In this document: one piece after another, positions 1-14,100 of the stretch
Position numbering within the stretch: the first letter of the stretch is position 1
Layout: every line of letters begins with the position of its first letter
Source: Tubiluchus corallicola
Lineage: Eukaryota; Animalia; Priapulida
Reading direction: 5' to 3'
Assembly (NCBI GenBank): GCA_030141605.1
Contig: JAQGDQ010000966.1
Location: forward strand, 1-64,000
Length of the DNA stretch: 64,000 nt
Position numbers and translations under genes: made by a program
Notes under the pieces: model-generated
The model's input: the letters and a program-made list of their open reading frames with translations, nothing else
What the model was told of the DNA's origin: nothing
The model's database searches: none

Positions 1-121
1 GAAATAGTATTTGTATCGCTATCCCAGTGTGCACGACTGATTCACCGAAAAAACACATTATTGATTTTATTTATTCACAATATAAAGTAATTTAAACTTA
101 CTTAATTTAATTAATAAAAAA

Positions 122-154
<33 letters not shown>

Positions 155-168
155 TAATAATATTATTA

Positions 169-263
<95 letters not shown>

Positions 264-295
264 TAATTTAATTTAATTTAATTTAATTTAATTAA
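122..295. repeat. (ATT)n and (ATTTA)n microsatellite
   Basis: Seen directly. Confidence 0.95.
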
Positions 296-516
296 TAAAA
301 AAATGTCCTACGAATGCTGTGATTTTTTTAAATGACACAATCACATCTAAACTTGCCTCAAATGACTTACGCTTAAAATGGCTGCACTTATTGCAGGGAG
401 TTTAGATTTGCAAGTTTTATACGGCGTTACTGCTAATGCAAGCTCTGTGTGCAATGAGACGGTATGTAAGTTATACAAAATTTCAAGATTTATTTACAAA
501 ACGTGAAAAAACTCAC

Positions 517-558
517 TGCAACCAGAACATGATTTGGCCATCGTTCCTCCTCCATACC
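517..558 (-). CDS. POLRMT: POLRMT exon ([14 protein letters not shown])
   Basis: ttcttag acceptor, gtgagt donor, 14 codons, phase 0-0; matches the W-P motif that follows the REYW region. Confidence 0.8.
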
Positions 559-3500
559 CTAAGAAATAAACAAAAACCAAAATTAAAATTAACAACTTGA
601 CTGCTCCTACCATTTGTTTACATACTAGTACAAAATGAATGCGAACATTTATATCTAGTCCTGTTTTGGAAGATATCGGCCAAAAGATGGCAGCACTGCA
701 AGTGTTTTAACGTGCCAAAATGGACAATCATGCAAACATACAAACACCTATATTTATTCTTGCTTTTGAACTAATCATCCAAAAGATGGCAGCACGAAAC
801 ATGTTTTTACGCTGCAAAACGCAAACTAAAGTACAAAAATCAAACACCTACATCTATTCATGTTTTTGCACTAATCCAAAAGATGGCAGCACCAAACATG
901 CTGTTACGCTGCAAAACCCAAACTATTGTACAGACATGCAAACACCTACATCTATTCTTGTTTTTAAAAAAAAAATCATCCAAAGATGGCAGCACTAACA
1001 TGCTTTTAGGCTATGGTGCAAATGGTACAATAAGTTATCGGTAAGGTAAGTTAACAAATGTACATGCACATATTTTACATACTTTATATAAAGTAACGAA
1101 AAAATGTCTATATTAAAGGGACTTGAACGAAATTTAATACGGTTGGCACCGCTTGATAGGCTCACTTTGGGACGGAAGTGTTTTGACCGACTGAGTCAAT
1201 TTGCCGAAGGGTTTAGCATATTGCTACTGTAGCAGTATGAGTCATCACTCATTACCTTAGTACGCATTGGAAAGACTTTAAATGAATTTTAGAAACGAAT
1301 TGTCAAGAATGCCTATGCGCTATTATTTAAGAAACATAATTTATATAAATGAATTAATAAAAAAGAAAAAAATCGCAAGAAACTGATTATTACTATTAAA
1401 AATCACAAGATAAAGAGAACACAAATAGTACTATTACTACTCACTACTGTGGGTCCGTCTAGGTGCGAGTCAATGAGGTGATACCAGATACAGAGTACAC
1501 AAATAGTACTATTACTACTCACTACTGTGGGTCTGTCTAGGTGCAAGTCAATGAGGTAATACTTGATAAAGAGTACACAAATAGTACTATTACTACTCAC
1601 TACTGTGGGTCCGTCTAGGTGCGAGTCAATGAGGTAATACTTGATAAAGAATACACAAATAGTACTATTACTACTCACTACTGTGGGTCCGTCTAGGTGT
1701 GAGTCAATGAGGTGATACCAGATAAAGAGTACACAAATAGTATGATTACTACTCACGACTGTGGGTCTGTCTAGGTGTGAGTCAATAAGGTGATACCAGA
1801 TAAAGAGTACACAAATAGTACTATTACTACTCACAACTGTGGGTCCGTCTAGGTGAGAGTCAATGAGGTGATACCAGATAAAGAGTACACAAATAGTATG
1901 ATTACTACTCACGACTGTGGGTCCGTCTAGGTGTGAGTCAATAAGGTGATACCAGATAAAGAGTACACAAATAGTACGATTACTACTCACTACTGTGGGT
2001 CTGTCTAGGTGCGAGTCAATGAGGTGATACCAGATACAGAGTACACAAATAGTACGATTACTACTCACGACTGTGGGTCCGTCTAGGTGTGAGTCAATGA
2101 GGTGATACCAGATAAAGAGTACACAAATAGTATTATTACTACTCACTACTGTGGGTCTGTCTAGGTGCGAGTCAATAAGGTGATACCAGATAAAGAGTAC
2201 ACAAATAGTACGATTACTACTCACGACTGTGGGTCCGTCTAGGTGCGAGTCAATAAGGTGATACCAGATAAAGAGTACACAAATAGTACTATTACTACTC
2301 ACAACTGTGGGTCCGTCTAGGTGCGAGTCAATGAGGTGATACCAGATAAAGAGTACACAAATAGTACGATTACTACTCAAGACTGTGGGTCCGTCTAGGT
2401 GCGAGTCAATGAGGTGATACCAGATAAAGAGTACACAAATAGTACTATTACTACTCACGACTGTGGGTCCGTCTAGGTGCAAGTCAATGAGGTGATACCA
2501 GATAAAGAGTACACAAATAGTACGATTACTACTCAAGACTGTGGGTCCGTCTAGGTGCGAGTCAATGAGGTGATACCAGATAAAGAGTACACAAATAGTA
2601 CGATTACTACTCACGACTGTGCCAACAAAAAAAAACAATAGAACTATTACTACTCACACTGGGTCCGTCTAGGTGCGAGTCAATGAGGTGTACCAGATAA
2701 AGTACACAAATATTACGATTACTACTCACGACTGTGGGTCCGTCTAGGTGCGAGTCAATGAGGTAATAGTTGATAAAGAGTACACAAATAGTACTATTAC
2801 TACTCACGACTGAGGGTCCGCCTAGGTGCGAGTCAATGAGGTGATACTAGATAAAGAATACACAAATAGTACTATTACTACTCACGACTGTGGGTCCGTC
2901 TAGGTGCGAGTCAATCAGGGTGATACCAGATAAAGAGTACACAAATAGTACTATTACTACTCACGACTGTGGGTCCGTCTAGGTGCGAGTCAATCAGGGT
3001 GATACCAGATAAAGAGTACACAAATAGTACGATTACTACTCAAGACTGTGGGTCCGTCTAGGTGGGAGTCAATGAGGTGATACCAGATAAAGAGTACACA
3101 AATAGTACGATTACTACTCACGACTGTGGGTCCGTCTAGGTGCGAGTCAATGAGGTGATACCAGATACAGAGTACACAAATAGTACTATTACTACTCACG
3201 ACTGTGGTCTAGGTGCGAGTCAATGAGGTGATACCAGATAAAGAGTACACAAATACTACGATTACTATTCACGACTGTGGGTCCGTCTAGGTGCAAGTCA
3301 ATGAGGTGATACCAGATAAAGAGTACACAAATAGTACGATTACTACTCAAGACTGTGGGTCCGTCTAGGTGCGAGTCAATGAGGTGATACCAGATAAAGA
3401 GTACACAAATAGTACGATTACTACTCAGACTGTGGGTCCGTCTAGGTGCGAGAAAACAACACCACGTGGGTGCTAGGTGGATCAATGAGGTGATACCAGA

Positions 3501-5091
3501 TAAAGAGTACACAAATAGTACTATTACTACTCACGACTGTGGTCTAGGTGCGAGTCAATGAGGTATACAGATAAAGTACACAAATAGTAGATTACTACTA
3601 CGACTGTGGTCTCTAGTGCAAAACAAAAAGAACACAAATAGTATTATATAACTTGGGTCCGTCTAGGTGCGAGTCAATCAGGGTGATACCAGATAAAGAG
3701 TACACAAATAGTACGATTACTATTCACGACTGTGGGTCCGTCTAGGTGCAAGTCAATGAGGTGATACTAGATAAAGAGTACACAAACAGTACTATTACTA
3801 CTCACGACTGTGGGTCCGTCTAGGTGCGAGTCAATCAGGGTGATACCAGATAAAGAGTACACAAATAGTACTATTACTACTCACGACTGTGGGTCCGTCT
3901 AGGTGCGAGTCAATGAGGTAATACTTGATAAAGAGTACACAAATAGAACTATTACTACTCACGACTGTGGGTCCGTCTAGGTGCGAGTCAATCAGGGTGA
4001 TACCAGATAAAGAGTACACAAACAGTACTATTACTACTCACGACTGTGGGTCCGTCTAGGTGTGAGTCAATGAGGTAATACTTGATAAAGAGTACACAAA
4101 TAGTACTATTACTACTCACGACTGTGGGTCCGTCTAGGTGCGAGTCAATCAGGGTGATACCAGATAAAGAGTACACAAACAGTACTATTACTACTCACGA
4201 CTGTGGGTCCGTCTAGGTGTGAGTCAATGAGGTAATACTTGATAAAGAGTACACAAATAGTACTATTACTACTCACGACTGTGGGTCCGTCTAGGTGCGA
4301 GTCAATCAGGGTGATACCAGATAAAGAGTACACAAACAGTACTATTACTACTCACGACTGTGGGTCCGTCTAGGTGCGAGTCAATGAGGTGATACCAGTA
4401 TTCACGTTGATTATGATGACTGTTTAAATCTACGTTTACAAAGTACTTGAGATAATCCTCGTACAGAAGCTGCAACTGAAATTACAGAAAACTTTTAGAA
4501 ATGTGAAAACTTGCAAACTTGCTTGTAAAATATGATTATAATTAATGAAGCCGACCACAAAAAAATTGTTTCTGTCTTACATCAAGAATGCAAAAGATGT
4601 CGGTAGCGTGTGAGAAATTTTTTTTGAAAAATTTTTTCTTGAGCTTTGTGAATGTTTAAAGCTGAATTGTGGAATATTTAAAATAAGATGAAATCAAAGC
4701 TTGTCTATTTTCCACTGGTTAGCAATAAAGTTTTAAATTTTTTAAATGCACATTTTTTCACTCTGTGTTTTTTAGTTTCACATTACTAAATTTTCATATA
4801 GTCTCTCTTAGTGTGGTATAAACATATGTTCTGATAGATATGATAAACAAACAAACGTACCTTATCAGCAATTCCGTTGTCAATCTTCTTCTGTATGACA
4901 AACCGATTATAAACCCGGGAGCCGAGAGTGCGGTACAAGATGAGAATGTGCGGACTGTACGCCTCGGATGACTCTGCTAGCAGTCTGATCTCCTAGGTAG
5001 GGAAAAGTGACAGTAATAAATGTACAGTGTGACTACAAAAAGTTACTAATAATTAATATTTTACAAAAAATATAAGACAGATGAGACAGAT

Positions 5092-5141
<50 letters not shown>

Positions 5142-8100
5142 ACAAAAAAATGACAGGAAAAGAAAAAATGAAAATAAACAAGCAAAAGAGAGCAAGAATA
5201 AAACAGAAGAACGATTACCATACCTCTAGCAATAAATCAACAATGGAATCTGTTTTTATTGCAAATAAGAAAGGCAAGATATTCGTACTGATGTTCACAG
5301 CTTTGCCTACGAAAAGCAAAAAAGTAAAAAAATACATCATTAATTGCAACGTCCAAACATCTGTTGTACAAAACAGAAACTTTGTAATCCCACTGAATAT
5401 CCCATTTTTGTAAAAACACAGTAAGTTCTCGCTTAACGACACTAATGAGTTCCAACAAAATGCGATGTTAAGCGAAACGTCGTTAAACGAAACCGAAAAC
5501 TCCACAGAAAGCAATGGAAAAGAACTGAAAACTTGCATGAAGCGACCTTGAAAAAATTTCATGTAACACGAATCTGGTTGCTATAGCAACAAGCTGCACA
5601 CAAAATTCCTTGGCATTAAGTTTAAACTTGGGTGCCTGAAAGTGCATAAATCGCCAAATAGAGTCAACCTCAGGTATAAGGTACTTGCTTATAAGGGACC
5701 ACCAACACCGGTCCAGATTTTTGGTAATGTTTTTCCTATGTAAAAATGTTCGTATATAAGTTACCCCGATATAAGGTATTTTCAGTTATAAAGGACGATA
5801 TCTTCAGGTCCCGCGTAATAGAAATCCAGGTAAATTACCTCACATATAAGGGACCCTATGAACAAAGCAAAATTGATCAACTTTTAATCTTAATTTTTTG
5901 CAAACTCTGCCTTCGAAACGCTCGGTTTCCGTGGTCACATACATCTCGCATTGAAGGAGCTTCCTACATATGGTTTGCACTGAATGTGTAGCAATAATTC
6001 ATTAAAATATGGGTAAAAGTACAGAAAAGTACAGGTCTAGACACACCCTCTGTCTGACTCAACTACGGCTGTAAGGCACATCGGATATAAGGGACGTTTT
6101 TTTCCGGTCCTGATCGTTACCCTGAGGTGTCCCTTATATCCGAGGTTGACTGCACATCTCGCTTGATACAAACGGCTAGAATTTAGTATTTAGTCAGTCA
6201 GGAAGTGAAGAGATTATGATAACTGCACTGTTTAGGTTACTAAAGCGTTTTTAGAACAGAATACTGCACGTTTTAATACTTCGAATTAGTTAAAAAAGAT
6301 TGTTGCTAAAATAAAAATGACTGTGAGCAAAGTAAAAAAATCGTCATTAAGTGAGAAAAAGGTGTCAAACGTTCAGCGTCATTAAAACGAAACGTCACTA
6401 AATGGGGAGTCGTTAAGCGAGGACTTGCTGTATTTGTTTAAGGATACAGAAATGACAATAAAGCAAGAAACTGTTTAATTGTTGTCGATAAAAACATAAG
6501 AACAACATGATAGATTGAAAATAACCTTCAAAGATGATATGAGTAGCCATACTTTTGTTACTTTAATTAGTACACTACAAACAGTTTGTGCACCAGTAGC
6601 ATGGGCCCTTACGAATAACCATACTGTCAAGACAGGCCATACTTTTGCTACTTTAATTAGTACACTACAAACAGTTTGTGCACCAGTAGCATGGGCCCTT
6701 ACGAATAACCCATACTGTCAAGACAGGCCATACTTTTGCTACTTTAATTAGTACACTACAAACAGTTTGTGCACCAGTAGCATGGGCCCTTACGAATAAC
6801 CATACTGTCAAGACAGGCCATACTTTTGTTACTTTAATTAGTACACTACAAACAGTTAGTGCACCAGTAGCATGGGCCCTTACGAATAACCATACTGTCA
6901 AGACAGGCCATACTTTTGCTACTTTAATTAGTACACTACAAACAGTTTGTGCACCAGTAGCATGGGCCCTTACGAATAACCATACTGTCAAGAATAGCCA
7001 TACTTTTGCTACTTTAATTAGTACACTACAAACAGTTTGTGCTCCAGTAGCATGGGCCCTTACGAATAACCATACTGTCAAGAATAGCCATACTTTTGCT
7101 ACTTTAATTAGTACACTACAAACAGTTTGTGCACCAGTAGCATGGGCCCTTACGAATAACCATACTGTCAAGAATAGCCATACTTTTGCTACTTTAATTA
7201 GTACACTACAAACAGTTTGTGCTCCAGTAGCATGGGCCCTTACGAATAACCATACTGTCAAGAATAGCCATACTTTTGCTACTTTAATTAGTACACTACA
7301 AACAGTTTGTGCTCCAGTAGCATGGGCCCTTACGAATAACCACACTGTCAAGAAAGGCCATACTTTAATTACTTTAATTAGTACACCACAAACAGTTTGT
7401 GCACCAGTAGCATGGGCCCTTATGAATAACCATACTGTCAAGAATAGCCATACTTTTGCTACTTTAATTAGTACACTACAAACAGTTTGTGCTCCAGTAG
7501 CATGGGCCCTTACGAATAACCACACTGTCAAGAAAGGCCATACTTTAGTTACTTTAATTAGTACACTACAAACAGTTTGTGCACCAGTAGCATGGGCCCT
7601 TACGAATAACCATACTGTCAAGACAGGCCATACTTTTGCTACTTTAATTAGTACACTACAAACAGTTTGTGCTCCAGTAGCATGGGCCCTTACGAATAAC
7701 CACACTGTCAAGAAAGGCCATACTTTAGTTACTTTAATTAGTACACCACAAACAGTTTGTGTACCAGTAGCACGGGCCCTTACGAATAACCATACTGTCA
7801 AGAAAGGCCATACTTTAGTTACTTTAATTAGTACACCACAAACAGTTTGTGTAGCCGTAGGATGAGCGCTTATGAACTATACTGCCTAGAACTGAGCAAC
7901 AGAAAATGAGAAATAAAGAAAATTGAGAAATACAGAAAAAAGAAATAGATAAATAAATAAATAAAAGTTCTTTTATAAATAAATTATTCACGGAAGCTGC
8001 ACAAAATGCACCGCCTTTTTGCAGTTCCACAAATTACAAATTATACATGGTCACTGATGATTTATCTATCACCAAAAAAAATAAAATGAAGTCAAAATTG

Positions 8101-11100
8101 ATTTATCGAATGTCACAAAAATAAATACAAATACAAGGAAACACAAATGTCTAAAGACAAAAATACGTATAAAAATTAACCCTGGTTAGTAGGTTTACTA
8201 CGGGTATTATGCTCAAGCAAAACACCCCCACACCAATTTTAGCACTGGTGCACACTGTATCAAGATTTTGAACTAGATTAATCCAACATATTAATTTGAT
8301 TAATTCATTGGCTTAACCCAAGAGCATTGCACAATTGAGAAAATCGGAAAAAGTTTTGCACCCCCGCTGGGAGACCTTGCTTTTCTCTGAACTAATAAAA
8401 CGTGTATATTCAAACCTTGGATTTGATGACTCAGCATCTTCACATTCCTCTCTATTGATTTGTGCAGCACTTTTCTCCAAGTCTGTTGACTCTCGTGCAA
8501 TTTCTTCCGCTGTAAAACACGCAGTGGTACTTAAACGTCATTTAAAACAAAACCGGACACAATCTTAAACTGCAAGTCAAAACAATCTACCATTTAAAAT
8601 ATTGAAAGGAAATATACTATTTTTTTCAAAAATGACTTATGTAAAAGAAATATTACCACACAATTTCACGTTCAGCCACTAGTCCTTCACTGTTGCATGC
8701 ATTTCGCCATTCGCTAGTTAGATGGACACTAGCAACTGCATTTCGGAAATGCATTGCACAAAAAACAGGATCTGTACCTCTTCCACAGATGTGTTAGCTT
8801 GTGACAAACTACACACGTTCGACAGTTCATGCGTGAGCGCAGCGTTAAATATGAACTTGTTTCATATGACCTACTCTCAATGGGTAATGGGTTGAGCGTG
8901 AGTTGGCGGGTGCAAGGAAGACCCGGGAAAGCATTCCTGTACGCTGGCATGGATCATAGCCACCGCCGTCCTAGCCGGAGAGTTAAATCTCATTTCGGCC
9001 CTCGCCGCCGGACATCTCGTCAAAAGTCATACGAAATACAACAGGTGAGGATATTAAGGTTTTTTCACATGTCCGGCAACAGCAATGTAGACGGCATTTT
9101 TCATTAGACTTGTCCGACTGTTAATTAGTTTGTTTCACTATCCTAGCATATGTTACTGGCTGTCAAAGTGCATTATTTATTATTTTGACAATATCTAAAA
9201 TAATGTAAAACTTTGCTTAGTCAGTGTGCACAAATGCTCTGATTATTTTCCTAAACTTTACGCAATCTTGTCTAAAGTTTTACACAGCGTTACTGCTAAT
9301 GCAAGCCCTGTATGCAATACGATGGCATGTAAGTGCCACAAAATTTCAACTTGAACTTTTTAAAGTCTGTTTAAGAGGTGTGTTTACTTAGGTTTTCAGC
9401 ACAACCTTTGAAATAGAAAGTTCGTTTTTTAAAGGAAAACCGGACGATTATTTAAACTCAATCTCATTTTAATTAACTGTCCAAAATATACATTTTCTTG
9501 CCTATAAAAGTTGACAATTGTTACTTATATTTGAATAATTAGCTTAGAAAGTAAATTAACAGCAGCCGAACACAGCTATTGCTTATGTCAGAAACTAAAC
9601 ACAGTTTGTGCAATGGCAGGCATCTTCCCTTGCGCGGCAAGCACGTTTGCATAGATGTTACAGTACTGTTTAAACCAGCGATGTCACGAAAATGGGCTCT
9701 ACGTCATATGATGTCAGAAACTAACACAGCAGTTTATGATCATCATTATCACGGGACCAAAAGGCGCGGCTGCCAATCTTAGTAGATTCACTGAGCCGCG
9801 CGTAGCTTTGAAATTTTAACGAAATTTGAGTATCCGAGGTAATTATTATGTAATCTAAGCTTTGATTTACAAAAAGCTATTGTAATTTTAAATATTTTAG
9901 AGCATTCTTTATTCGGAACTCATGTTTACACAATCATCCAGTTTTCCTTTAAAGGCAACTTCAACTAAAAAGGGAAGCATACATACATATTCTGCCATCC
10001 TCTCGTCCGTCTCTAATTGCCTCTCCACTGACTTGATGACTATTTGTCCGTCTACTTCCATTTTGTACTGCCTGGCGGCGAATCGCGAAAGTTCGGCTGC
10101 GGACAAAATGCCGGTGTATGGAGTGTCTTGTAGAACCTGCAGAAGATAATAAATTTGAAAAACGTGTTCGAACATGGAACGCACGTGATTTTATAAGGCA
10201 AGTAATTAATTGTTTCCAGTGTACTCATATGTTGGTTGGCATTCTTCTGTCTTGGAAGACAATGGAGTGTGCACGAAGAGAATCAGTTATTGATCACATT
10301 AATGGATCTGCAGCGTCGACTGTGGCTGAGCAGTGCGATCCTTGAACGTCTCCAGGGCGCACGCCTGGGCAAGGTGTATGGGGATCCTGAGTTGCCCAGA
10401 CAACAGGAACCCCCTCTCTTCCTCCCTAGTGTAGTCCAAAGGAAACTGGAGCGATACGCTTGGCAGCAGGTTGGCTGCAGGAGCTGCCGGAGTCAATGAG
10501 CACGCTGCACTGGTCCGCCTTCAGGGCTCCACTCCTGATTTGGAAGGTTTACACCTCTGCACATGGCCATTGGGTCACTTGACTTCCTCTGCCCTCTAGC
10601 CGTTGGCTGCTTGTGCAGCTCCTCCGCCTAGTGTCGAGATACTACATAATGTTACTGCAACTTTTATTGATTATTGACAAAATAAATTTTTCGCTATCTT
10701 GATGCATGATTAATATTACTTGGTCTAGCCAGCATTTGGATTTGCGCACATATGGGTGGCTTCAAACCGGTTTCTGTCGGCTGTCTTTTGCATGCACTTT
10801 AAACACCCTATTTGACAGGCGTCTACATGTGAACTAGTTTTGCTGTTAGTTTTCTGTTAGACATGATTATAACAAAATTTCTTATAACTTGTGATAATGT
10901 AACAAAACGTTGTGCTCATTCGTGAAATCATAGATGTCACAAAGTGTAAGTTCACATAATTTTCATTCTAATCTTACATGGTTAAACTGTTCGAACTTCC
11001 GCTAACATCTGTAAGAACCTGGTAATATTTGTAGTTAAATGCGATTAACCTGTCTTTTACAGATCCGAATAAAGCCTTACTTGTAGCAAAAACCTGTCAC

Positions 11101-14100
11101 TAATAAACTGCACAACTGCATTGCCTTATACGGAGGTTTCAGACTTTATTATATTATCTTAAAACATTGAGCACATTAGTATTATTACTATTATCATTTT
11201 TATTGTGTCATTTCGATGCACTATTTTCCTCAAATTAAATAAGTCTCGCACAGAGTTGCAACTAGTGTCACATAATTAACCATACTAATTAACGTTGCAT
11301 AAATAGGGCTGCTAGGTTGCCTCTTGGTCTTTCTCCACCTTGTGTCACTTATCAGTGTTATTCTCAAGTAAATATTGTATATTAATATATCATAAAAGAG
11401 ACAAATAAATTGAATTGAATTGAATTGGAATTTATTTAAAAAGCAAAGGCTTTTACGTGGCTTAGGATTTTGGCAACTATCCAAAGTCCAACTCTAGCCA
11501 AACATGTGTCAAATGTTCGCCAAATGGTCGGAAAGCAATCGTCGTCGTCGCAAAAAAATCTTTAAAATGTTTAAATTTTGTCGCCAGAACAGGAAAAGCT
11601 GCCAGTATGCCGAATCTTTGCGAAACGGTTGTAAAGTTGTCATAACGAGCGTCAAATGTTCACAGTTTTCGTCGCAAAAATTTTCGTGATGTTTGTCAAC
11701 AATTTCAGATTCCGTGAAAACTTATACGACGCGTTTCAGAACATTACGAAATTTTGGTGATTTAATGCAATTTCGTGTTCGCGTCACTCGTTACGTGCAT
11801 TTCGCCATTTCCTAGTTAGATGGGCACTAGCACCTACATTTCGAAAACGTGTTGCACAAAAAACAAGTGCTGTACCTCTCAGTTCAAATGTGCTAGTTTG
11901 TGATGAACTGCACACGTTCGACAGCTCATGCGTGAGCACAGTGGTAAATTTGAAATTTGAATTTTTATCTTAAAACTTGCCTAATTTTAGTACAACACAC
12001 GGAATATCTTACAATGTACTTCAATTTTCGCTTTCGCAAACACATTCAACATGCTCATGGAATATTTTTGTTGTTGAAAATTGTGTTAGTTTGTGATGTC
12101 ATCAATAGTTGGGCTTGCCCACCAATAATAAAGATTTAATCTATTAGGTAATTATCAGAAACACTTTTATAGTATTAATTCTGTCAAATTTCATACTTTT
12201 GATCATACTTGAAAATGTGGTAGTATATGAAAAATCATCCTGTCTTACTTTAATACGATCAACCTTGGGTATAAGGTATTCACTTATAAGGGATCGCCAA
12301 CACCGGTCCCCGATTTTTCGTAACGTTTTTTCCATGTAAAAATGTTCGTACATAAGGTACTCGGATATAAGGGACTCTCGGTTATAAGGGACGATATCTT
12401 CAGGTCCCACAGAATAGAAACCCAGGTAAATTAGCTCGCATACAAGGATCAAAGCAAAATTGACAGATTTTTAATCTCAATTTTTTCGTAAACTCGGCCT
12501 TCGAACAGCTCGGTTTCCGCGGTCACATACAACTCGTGTCACTGAAGGAGCTTCCTACATACCGTTTGCACTGAAAGTGTAGCAATAATCCATAAAAATA
12601 TGGATTAGTACAAGTAAAAGTACAGGTCCAGATATACCCTTGGTCTGCCTCAACTGTGGCTAGAAGGGACATCGGATATAAAGGGCGATTTTTTCCGGTT
12701 CCGATCGTGTCCCTTATATCTGAGGTTGACTGTATAGCAGTATGTGAATTATAAATCTCTTTCACGTAGAAAGGTATTCCATTGATAAGAAGGAAGTTTG
12801 CTCTGAATGAGTTCATTTGCTGTGACATTATTTGCTCCGCATTCAAATGGCATTAACACGTAATTTCTGGTTATATAATGAACGAAATGTTGAAATATAT
12901 ACTGGTTATACAATGCCAAAAGTAAGATTTTCTACCTGATCTGATTTTTCGTTCAACCGCTCCACCAGATGGCAAGTATAACCGCCTCGCGCAGGAACAC
13001 AATCTGCCACATAATCTGGTCGTATCTGGTAAATTGCCTGGAATAAATGCACGAAATTAGAAACGTGATTAAATTCATAATATTGCCGATTAGGCCAAAC
13101 AGATGAAGATGGTAAATGCTAAGGTCTAAAGTTTACTATTCCTCACACACACACACGAAATTAGTTTGTGAAGCAGATTGGGATTAGGGGAAGGATTAGC
13201 ATTAGGGTTATGGTCGGCGATAGGGTTCAGGTTAGTTTCGGGTTAGGATTGGGGTTAGGGTTAGAGTTAGGGTTGGGTTAGGGTTAGGGTTAGCGCTAGA
13301 TTCAGGGTCAAGGCTTGAATTAGGGTTGGTTTAGGGTTAGAGTTAGGGCTAGATTCACGGTTGGCCCAGGGTTAGGGCTAGAGTTAGGCTGAGTTGGGGT
13401 TAGGGCTAGAGTTAGACTTGGGTTAGGGCTACATTCAGGGTTGCATTAGGGTTAGGTCTAGAGTTAGGGTTGGGTTAGGGTTAAGGCTAGTAATTGAGTT
13501 AACTGCCGACAGTTTTTATATACTTTTGCATAGAAGCGGCCCGTACTAGATGTTTTTCGGACAATTAGACGATTGATTCTACATTACCGTGAGTCCAACG
13601 CACGGCAACTGCTGTATTAGTTTAGCATCAGCAGATGCGGACAATCGGCAAATTTAGACCGACGTCTCCCCACTTTAGTCCGACAAACCGAGACATGAAC
13701 TTATTCGCAACTTTAACTTAATGTTGTAGCCTTTCTATAACTGCACTTACTTCAAGAATTTTCTTTCGCTCCTCGCCCATGAAATTGCAATTATTGAAAA
13801 TGTCTTCCAGTTTCATTCCCTGAAATTTAAAAAAAAAACATAAATAAATTGTCGGTCTCGACTAACTGTTGACTCGTGCCAGTAACAACAAAAAACCTCG
13901 AAAAAACAGCAAAGAAAAGCTAAAAGAAAAAGAAAACACTTTTCATCAAAAAAGCTGAAAAAAGTTGTCTTTAAGATTTATATCACGCACATTATGTCTT
14001 ATTGTATATAGAGCTTGCATTAGAAGTAACGTTGCATAAAACTTGAAGATTTAAACTCCCACGATTTAAACTTCTCGAGACCTTTCAGTCCTGAAGCACT

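Noticed and set aside
1403-2638. 411-aa repetitive ORF as an independent gene
   Set aside because: It is the 78-bp satellite read in the POLRMT exon frame; it has no proper start and lies inside an intron.
2620-3660. Scrambled units and A-runs inside the 78-bp array as structural variants
   Set aside because: The clustered deletions look like long-read consensus noise and cannot be trusted without raw reads.
1407-7852. CRISPR-like arrays
   Set aside because: The units are wholly repeated with no unique spacers, the context is eukaryotic, and there are no cas genes.
6665-7865. 378-aa and 147-aa ORFs; KVWPFLT looked like the POLRMT LYPFL motif
   Set aside because: These are by-products of a 90-bp repeat; the true LPFL exon is at 5306-5224.
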